Part shown: positions 55,055 through 64,000 of the stretch, one piece after another
Position numbering within the stretch: the stretch's first letter is position 1
Layout: the number at the start of each line of letters is the position of its first letter
Source: Octopus sinensis
Taxonomy: Eukaryota
NCBI RefSeq assembly: GCF_006345805.1
Contig: NC_042998.1
Location: 64,480,001-64,544,000 of the forward strand
Direction of reading: 5' to 3'
DNA length: 64,000 nt
Position numbers and translations under genes: made by a program
The notes under the pieces: model-generated
What the model was told of the DNA's origin: nothing
Database searches by the model: none
What the model saw: only the letters and a program-made list of their open reading frames with translations

Positions 55055-55859
55055 ATTACCTCTTACTCATATACGATATATTTCCTCTTAGTCATATAAC
55101 TATTGCGATTATTAAAATTTTTGTTTCTCTAAGGCAATTATTTAAACACTTGATTTTACTGTAAAATTTTGTGCTTTTATTTCTGGGATATTTCGTAGCA
55201 GCTTTAAAGAGAATGCGCAAACAGCTAGATGATCTCCGTGCTAAATAATTTCGAGAAAATAATTAATAGATAAATACATTTATATCTGCCATATCTGAAT
55301 ATTCCCATAAGATAGAGCACAATATTTTTGTGGCGCCAAAATTTCTGGAATATAGACAATTCCTATAGCAACACTTCTAAATACGGCTCCGAGTCTCATA
55401 ACTTTATTAACTATGAATATAGCAAGTTCCAGTATAATCATTTAACGTCAAGCTATTATATAAGGAAAAGCCGTTATATAAGAAGCTGCCAGAATAATCG
55501 AACGTGGCAAAACTTTTCCTTACAGTAAGTGTCTCCGAAGAAAGTTCTCCTTGACTTGCGTAAATACACGTTATATTTTGGGCTGTGATTACGTCATTGG
55601 ATCGTAAGAGAAATACGTTTCTGGAAGCTTCCACTTAATGCGACATTATTTATTTAATTCGATACTAACCGAGTACTACGCAAATATTGCGCTTGCTATT
55701 TTCATAATTATTATTCTATATAAATCCGGCTGTCAGCGGCTGAGTGAATTTTCGTAGCTGACGAACAATACGTGTATGAAGAGAGAGAGAGAAAGAACAA
55801 TATACGCTTGCATATGTTTGTGAGTTTTTGTGTCTGTGTGTGTAAGTATGTGCATATAC

Positions 55860-56185
55860 ATAGGCAGAGGAGTGGCTATGTGGTAGGAAGCTTGCTTCAC
55901 AACCACATGGTTCAAGGTTCAGTCCTATTGCGTGGCAACTTGGGCAACTGTCGTCAACTATAGCCTCGGGCCGACCAAAGGCTTGTGGGTGAATTTGATA
56001 GACAGAAATTGAAAGAAACCGGTCGTGTGTGTGTGTGTGTGTTTGTGTGTATTTGAGTGTCTGTGTTTGTCCTCACCATCACTTAAACAACCAATTTTGG
56101 CGAGTTTACGTCTTCGCAAAAGACAACAAATGTATAAGTACTAGGCTTACAAAGATTATATACTGGGATCGATTTTTTCGACTTA
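55860..56185 (+). mobile_element. CORE-like SINE
   Basis: gagtggctatgtggtaggaagcttgcttcacaaccacatggttcaaggttcagtcc..ggcaacttgggcaa. Confidence 0.85.
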
Positions 56186-56415
56186 AGGCGTATCTTGTCG
56201 TGAATTGCAGGACATATATGGACTAGAAAAACAGCCTGCAAGTGATGAAGGGTCGTTCCTTGGGTTCCTTGTCTTATTTTTTTTTTGTTTCTTTCGTTGC
56301 TTGAAAGAAAAAGCCCCTATTCCATGTCCTCGTCCTTCGTATTAATTGTTGTTTATGTTTTGTGACGTCTTGAGTCCACATATACATATGTATATACGTA
56401 AACATGTATATATGC

Positions 56416-56461
<46 letters not shown>

Positions 56462-56480
56462 ATATAATATATATATATAG

Positions 56481-56570
<90 letters not shown>

Positions 56571-57151
56571 TGTATGTATATATATATATGTATATATATA
56601 ATATATATATATATACATATGTATATTTGTTGGCAAAAAATGAATTAGACAGTGGAGACACACAAGGAAATCGAACAAAAGCAAACATAGAGGGTATTTA
56701 GACCGGAACGAAAGGAGAACAGTTAAAACTGGAAAAGATATTTTTTAAAGAGAGAAAATAGGAGAGGGAGGAAAAAACACGTCCACTCGTTTAGACGTTT
56801 GCTCCGGAAAAGAGAGATAGTCATGTAAGGAAATGACAGACGGACGATGGTCACGTGAGAGCAACGACAGAGAGAGAGATATATAGATAGAGAGAGTGTG
56901 TGTGTGTGTGTGTGTTATAGGGAAAAGCGGAGAGGGAGACACACACACATAGCACATGGTGAATGAGGAAGGTGAATTAGAGAAGGATGGAGGAAGAAGA
57001 AACTAAAGAGGAGAGGAAGAAAACAACAATGAGAATCCAAAATAAGGTGAAGATAAACTTACTCGGAAACGGATGTGTCGCGTTCAGTTAAATAATAAAT
57101 ACATATATGTTCATACACACATGTATATATATATATATGTGTGTGTATATA

Positions 57152-57257
<106 letters not shown>

Positions 57258-57309
57258 TATATATATATATATTATATAAATATATAACTAATGGGTACAA
57301 ATAATCAGG

Positions 57310-57515
57310 ATATTACTCTTTTCTATTCTATACGCAAGGTCAGCAATTTTTGAGGAGGGGGCAGTCAATTAAATCGACCCTAATACATAAAAAGTACTTA
57401 ATTTATTGATCCCGAAAGGATGAAAGACAAAGTTGACCTTGGTGAAATTTGAACTTAGCTCGTAAAGACAGACGAAATTCCCATTTCCCTCGGGTGCTAA
57501 TGTTTCTGCCAGCTA
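57310..57515 (-). mobile_element. Second-family SINE
   Basis: cccgaaaggatgaaagacaaagttgaccttggtgaaatttgaact. Confidence 0.75.
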
Positions 57516-57789
57516 TCATTTTCTGTAACATATTAGTATTCTCATCATCAAAGCCATATCCCGGAGCTGAGTGAATGATTTGGTTGCTATGATGAAAATG
57601 AGCAGCTCCAGTATGCTGTTGGTTGTGATTGTTAGTGAAGTAAAATGCAGAAAATTTAAAAGAAGTAATTATTGTTAAGGATACAACGAGGTATCCTTTT
57701 CTACAAATCGAAACTGCGACCGTATGAGAGTAAACATACAAAACCTGAAAGCTAAGCGTACGAATGAAAGATAACATATATATATATTT

Positions 57790-58017
57790 CTTTATTGTCC
57801 ACAGGGATGGGGATGGCTAAATATAGAGGGGACAAACAAGGACAGACAAAAGAATTAAGTCGAATACATTTATCCCAAAGCGTACCCGATATGTATTCAA
57901 TCCACCCCGAAAGGATGAAAGGTAAAGTCGACCTCGGTGGAATTTGAACTCAGAACGTAACGGCAGACGAAATACGGCTGAGCGTTTCGCCCGGCGTGGC
58001 AACGATTCTCACCGCCC
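57790..58017 (-). mobile_element. Second-family SINE, best-preserved copy
   Basis: Minus strand ggcggtgagaatcgttgccacgccgggcgaaa..ttctgagttcaaattccaccgaggtcgactttacctttcatcctttcgggg, with a B-box-like gagttcaaattcc. Confidence 0.85.
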
Positions 58018-58302
58018 TAACAATAACATACATTGTCAACAATCCGAATACATTGAGTTGTATGTAAATACCTTGTAAATTACTTCAGCGTATTTATATG
58101 AAGTTAACCAGTTCTCCATTTATACCGTTTACCTAGTTTGTATTAATTTGCTAGGTTTGTGATGAGTATTTTCCAGTTTGAATGTGTGCGTTTGAATGTT
58201 TGTTTTTGTTCGCTGCAATTACTATTCCTTCCTTACTGCATACACGTGCCTCGTCTACGACGGTATACTCCATCCTCCATGCTCCTAGTTCTCCTGCTCC
58301 TC

Positions 58303-58343
<41 letters not shown>

Positions 58344-58367
58344 TACAATTTTTATACTATCATGATT

Positions 58368-58434
<67 letters not shown>

Positions 58435-58745
58435 CAATTTTTATACTAGTCATGATTATATATATATATATATATATACATACTCACACACAAACTTGCG
58501 TGTGTGTTTGCGTGTGTGTTTGCGTGCGTGTGTATATACTTGTGTATGTACTTGTATGTGCGTACGTGAGTGCTTGTGAGTGTTTGCATTTTACAACTTT
58601 ATCTTTTTCAAGATAGTTGCAGCTGCTTCATACAGTCACATTTATATAATTATATATTTCTTTATCTTATATCACAATGCTTGTGTATTTACTGTGATTC
58701 GGTCACACCTGCCCAGTTTTGGTGATACTGCTTCCTCAGCAATCT

Positions 58746-58787
58746 TATCATCATCACCATCATCATCATCATCATCATCATCATCAT

Positions 58788-58841
<54 letters not shown>

Positions 58842-58851
58842 TATTATTATT
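58746..58851. repeat. (ATC)n changing to (ATT)n
   Basis: Direct inspection. Confidence 0.95.
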
Positions 58852-61606
58852 GAACGTTGGAAGAGAGAGCGGGATTTAGTTAAGAAACTAGACAAGGCTC
58901 TTGAGACTGGCATCGCGACCGACGTGTTGGCGGCAGGGTTGGCCGTCGACCAACACTTTGACGCCAAACACGAAGGCTGCGTTGTCAGAGCTAAGGCACG
59001 TTCGCTAAGCGGGGAGGGGACTAGAGCCGCTTGATGGGCCCTCGTGGCGGAGGCGAAGCGAGGCAACAAAGCAACCATTCGGTCCTTGGTGGACCAGAAC
59101 GGGCGCGAAGTTACCGAGCCGAAGCAGATGTGTACGGTGTTTCAGCGGCACTTTGCTCAACTGTTTGGGAAAAGCGGTGGAACGCACATTGGTGCAGATT
59201 CGGTGTGTACCTGGACGGCCTACCGCAACTCTCGGACAGCGAGGCAGAGTGCTGCGAAGGACCGATATCTGCCTGGGAAGTGGAGGAAGCGATGAAGAGT
59301 TGCACGAGAGGTAGATCGCCGGGTTTGGATGGTCTGCCCTACGAGCTTTACACTTCAATGCCAGACTTGTTTGCGGGCCTGTTGGCAAACGTCTACTGCA
59401 ACTGGCAGCAAAACGGAAGAATTCCTGCTTTTGTCTGTCGAGGGGTGGTGGCTTTGCTAAAAAAGGAACCAAACAAGGGGGACGTTATAGGGAATTTGAA
59501 AATTTTGGCCAAGGTGCTAGCCAAGAGATTGGCGCTTGCCGTGGACAAGCTGGTCGGCAAGACGCAGACATGCGCCGTGCCGACCAGGTCGATACACGAC
59601 AATATCCATCTCATGCGCTATATCATAGAGAGGGTGGGTAAGGACGCTGGCGCGGGTGGGGCTTTGATCAACTTAGATCAGAGTAAAGCCTTCGATAGGG
59701 TCGACCATCGGTACCTGGCAGCTGTTCTCAAGGCAGCCGGCTTCGGTCCAGTCTTCCGCGGGTGGATAGCTGCTTTATACAGCAACATCTGCTCGGTGAT
59801 ACGGGTGAACGGTCACCTTTCGGAACCGTTCGACATCTCGCTTTCGGCCCGCCAAGGATGCCCTCTCTCCACCCTCTTGTACATATTGACTCTCGAGCCA
59901 TTACTGCGCAAGTTGGCGGCTTTGAGGGGTATCCCGCGCGATCTAGAAGGCGGAAACAGCGTGTCTGCCTATGCCGACGACGTCACCCTGATGGTGTCGA
60001 GCCACAGGCATATTGGCCTGATTGGCGAGACACTAAACGAGTACGAAGCGGTGACAGGGGCAAAAGATTAACGCGGAAAAGTTTGTGGGCTTGCAACTAG
60101 GCACCTGGAGAGGCAAGCCCATGCCGTCCAACAGCGTCGTAGGGCGCTAGACAGACGGACCCGTTAAACTGCTCGGGGTCTGTTTCGGTCCGGACCTCCA
60201 GTTGGATAAAAACTGGGAAGAGGTGACGAGCAGGGTGGCACGTCTCACCCAGAAATGGGCCGAGAGGAAGCTGTCCCTGAAAGGTCGAGTGGAGGTGGCA
60301 AATGCGTACATCGCATCCGTCATCTATTACCGCTTGACCGTCGTCCCTTGTCCTAACCGCTGGTTGGCCAAGCTGGTACGCCTGCTCTTCGACTTTTTGT
60401 GGAAGGGTCAGGTGCCACTGGTCAGGCGATCCATCTGCTGTCAACGACCACTGAACGGAGGCCTTGGAATGCCGTGGTACTGATGCGCAGACATGCGCTC
60501 AGACTGCGACATCTCAAGCGTTTCCTAGACGGTGAACAGGTGTGGTTGTCTTTTGTCAGACGCGACTTTCCGCAGCTCGTCTCTTTGACAGAGCTGCAGA
60601 CCTGGATCAAACGTAGACCGAAAAGGGCGCTTGGCACCTCGAGTGCCGTCAAGCTCTCTCCGCCCTCCGCCAGGCGGGCAATGCGATCGGTTTCAGCTCC
60701 ACTCTAGCGTTCTATAGAGGGTTAGTGCAGGGAAAAAGGCGACGACGTTCTCGGGGAAAATCTAGGGGTTGACGATAACGAACTGAGCGGTCTGTTCGGA
60801 AGGACTTTTTGGCCGGGGCCAATGGATAATTTCCAGAGGTCGCTCGCCTGGCAGTGCTACCGAGGGGCTCTGCCTGTTCGGGATAAACTCTACCGGCACG
60901 GAAGTGCCGTCAGCCGGGCCTGCCCGAGGTGTTGCCAGGACGACGAAACCGTTCTGCACGCACTCGTCCAGTGCCCGAGTATTGCTGAACTATGGGTTTA
61001 TGTTGAACAGCTACTGTCACGTGTAGGACGGATCCAGCTATCAGCCGAATCCATAGTGAAGATTTCCCCACCGACCTCCTTTAACAAGGAGGCCGAGGCC
61101 GTTTTCTTGTGCCTAGTGGCTGTGGCGAAAGAGGTTGTATGTTGGACCCGTTTGAAAGGGCTAAAGTCAGACACTTTCCTCTTTGGTCAAGGCCTCATCA
61201 ACTTTTTCAAGTTTCACTTGAAAAGGAAGATGAGGTTAGAGAGGGGAGTGCTGTCCGATAGCAAGTTTTCTGAAAGGTGGGTGAATTGTGCGAGAATGCC
61301 AGTATAAATGGACCAGTTCTCAGGTTTCGCCTGTGATTCAAAATGGTAATATAAAAGGAGAAAAGGGACTCTCTACCCCCCATTTTGACCAGACTCCCGT
61401 TGGCTTTTATGGGGTTTTTTCCACCAGGAACCTTTCGAAGCGCCTCCCCCTATTGGGAGTTTTTCCTTGTTACAATTTTTCGTTGTTAAACTGTTTTTAC
61501 ACGATTTTTTCACAAACGGACAAAACTCTTTGTAACCTTTCGTCCTGTTTTGTCCCTTTATGTTTTCTAATCATGTGTGTCAGCCCTTGTGGCCAATAAA
61601 AAAGAA
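58852..61606 (+). mobile_element. 5'-truncated Tx1/L1-clade LINE ORF2 (RT plus C-terminal zinc knuckle), inactivated
   Basis: SPGLDGLPYELY, LDQSKAFDRVDH, RQGCPLS, AYADDV, GGLGMP and CPRCCQDDETVLHALVQC. Several frameshifts and stops. GC-rich relative to flanks. 3' UTR ends aataaaaaagaa. Confidence 0.93.
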
Positions 61607-61658
61607 TTAATTATTATTAATATTATTATTATTGTTATTATTATTATCATTATTATTA

Positions 61659-61727
<69 letters not shown>

Positions 61728-61741
61728 TTATTATTATTATT
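61607..61741. repeat. (ATT)n/(TAA)n microsatellite
   Basis: Direct inspection. Confidence 0.95.
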
Positions 61742-62702
61742 GTCTTTGCACAGCTTCTATCGGTGGAGATGTACTACGGTGCCAGCTGTTCACTACCAGT
61801 GAACTAAGGTAACACACTTTATTCTTCGAGCAGCTTCTGGAGTATTCGGGCGATTCCAAGTAGTGCTGTTTCCTGCAAGTACTCCACCCTTATTGCAGCC
61901 CCTATTTGTTTCACGTAGTTTACAAGATTTTAGTCACTGTTCCCAGACCTCCGTCAATTATTAGTACTATACCACCTTTTTCATCTACAACAACTGCTTA
62001 ACATCTCATGCTAACCTGCCATATCTATTGACATTTCTTTTTTCCTTGTCACATAATTTGTTGTCAGCTAGGCATGCTATATCTATGATCCAGCATCGTT
62101 AGCTGTCTTTCTCAATTAACACTATGTCTGGCTTCCGATTCTTTATCTCATGTTCGCACTGAATCATAACATCCCATAGGATCTTCGTATTATCATTTTC
62201 AATGATACATTCGGGTTTATGTTCGTTTATTTTTTGCACTGTAAAGTCTATAATTGTTGCAATATGTCAAATGGACAATCCTTGCCATATTGTCATGACG
62301 CCTCTTATATTGTTTCTGGGCTAGTGGCGTACATTGACTGGAAATACGCCATGTGCTTTTACCGTTTTGTCCACCAATTCTGCACTTAACACTTTCTGAT
62401 GTGTATTTTCTATTCTGTATTTGATGTAATCCATAGTTATTGCTTATTAGTTATCCATAGCCATTTTCCTCTCTCTGTCTTATCTTCAGCATCTCTATTA
62501 AATTCTCAATCAATTCTTTTCTTTATCCACCTCTTTTCAGTTTCAGTCATTCTGAATTGCTTCTACAGTGCTTTATCTTTTTAATCTTCAATCTTACACA
62601 AGCCTGACCTTCTTATTTCAAAAATTAGTGGTACTGTGGCATTTTAAATACCATTCTATGTTGTTTTCCTCTGCTCTAACGCTGTGTTCACATCCAATCA
62701 GT
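61742..62702 (-). mobile_element. 3' fragment of an R4/Dong-type LINE with restriction-like endonuclease
   Basis: Minus strand gives SQCTPLAQKQYKRRHDNMARIVH, IIENDNTKILWDVMIQCEHEIKNRKPDIVLIEK, WIIDIAC, GGLGTV and LQETALLGIARIL. Not in the ORF track because of stops. Confidence 0.85.
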
Positions 62703-64000
62703 ATGTGTAATCATCCATTGGGATTTCTATATATTTTCCTCCATTCGTTATTGAATGCAAAAATACTTTAATATCAATCGTCTCCAATTATTCTTCTTTC
62801 TTGTTGAATTTAAAACACCGGCGTTTCTGTAATGTAAGTTAGAGAAACAGTGAAACATTGCAAAATATTAAATCCCGCAACATAATGCTTAGTCTTCACT
62901 AATACATAAAATTATATTGCAGATTTATATGGCCGATTTTATAACTTATTTGAAATTTTCCGTTAATACCTTGATTTGTATATTGAATGAATTAGGTATT
63001 CAGTGTTTGGTTATAACGTGCATTCTGATACAAATCTATATTTCATTAGGGTATTGTTTCAGACATAAAAGATCAAAAATAAACTTTACACCTTATTAAC
63101 ATACCGCCTTAGCATATACATACCAGACAACAAGATTTTACTAATCATAGTCCCATATATAAGATAATCTATGTATATGAGTTTTTGTCATAACTTCCCA
63201 CGTTCAGTGTAATACGTTTTGCTGTAATTCATACATGTCTGTAACAATTTACTTACGCATCACATCCTTTCTATGCAATAACTTGTATATCTAAAAACAT
63301 ATCTCAAGTTGAAAGGTTGCTACACGTACACCAGTGTTATTCAAAAAATCAAGTTACAAACGATAGATTCCATGTTCAATCAGCTGCACAGCGATTTACG
63401 CAAAAGCATTCTACCATTAGCATTGGGTCAGTGAAACCTTTTTGAAATGTGGTGAAGATCGTGTATAGTATATTGCCTTTTTGAAGAGCGCTACCTACTA
63501 ATGGTTGCGGTGTTCGCTCATGAAACCTTCTTTGATTATACCTATTTGCCTTTCTACCTTTAGACACAGAAACGCATAGTACAAATGTGCCCTTCCTTTT
63601 CATTTTTGGGAATAAGTAATTTATAATCACGGGTCTTGGCAATCCGAAATAATGAATTCAATATTTTAGTTCACTAATATAACGAAGTATATCAGAAACT
63701 CTATATTATAGGCGTAGTATGGTTGACTGGCACACAAACATAAGTTACTCTGTTTCTTTCCAGGTTCATGGCGTCTTGGGAAAATCGACATTGGAGGAAA
63801 ATGTCCCTAGGACTCCGACTGACTAATATTTAATGAGTGAAATTGGAGAGATGGAAAATATGCAATGAATGAGGTGGAAAATTTAAGAGTCTCTCAGTCT
63901 TTTCTTCTCACACTCTGTTTCGCTGATTCTACGTGAGAATCATGTTAACTCTACAAGAGTTCGGAAAATCCTCAGGCATTTTCACGTTCCTTAAATAAAC

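Overview
Eukaryotic, very AT-rich and microsatellite-saturated non-coding DNA. The repeat families look like those of an octopus or other coleoid cephalopod; this is an inference from recognising the SINE and LINE families, not a search result. I see no intact protein-coding gene. Most ORF-track entries are translations of (TA)n, (CA)n or (ATT)n. The window holds decayed retrotransposons: four CR1-group LINE pieces, an RTE 5' fragment, a Tx1/L1-clade ORF2, an R4/Dong-type element and a Neptune-type Penelope-like element (PLE). It also holds mariner/Tc1 relics, MITEs, many tRNA-derived SINEs, two near-identical tandem duplications and a stop-riddled SLC15/POT transporter pseudo-exon (about 48953-49590). 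The most striking signal is a dispersed set of short, (TA)n-flanked, often fold-back elements that carry minimal type-I hammerhead ribozyme (HHR) folds of the PLE kind, many with non-canonical cores. The best case is a nearly perfect 298-bp palindrome (36143-36440) whose two arms each fold as a hammerhead with core GUGAACA, a reciprocal swap of the C3-G8 tertiary pair to G3-C8. All folds were read by eye, and repeat boundaries are approximate.
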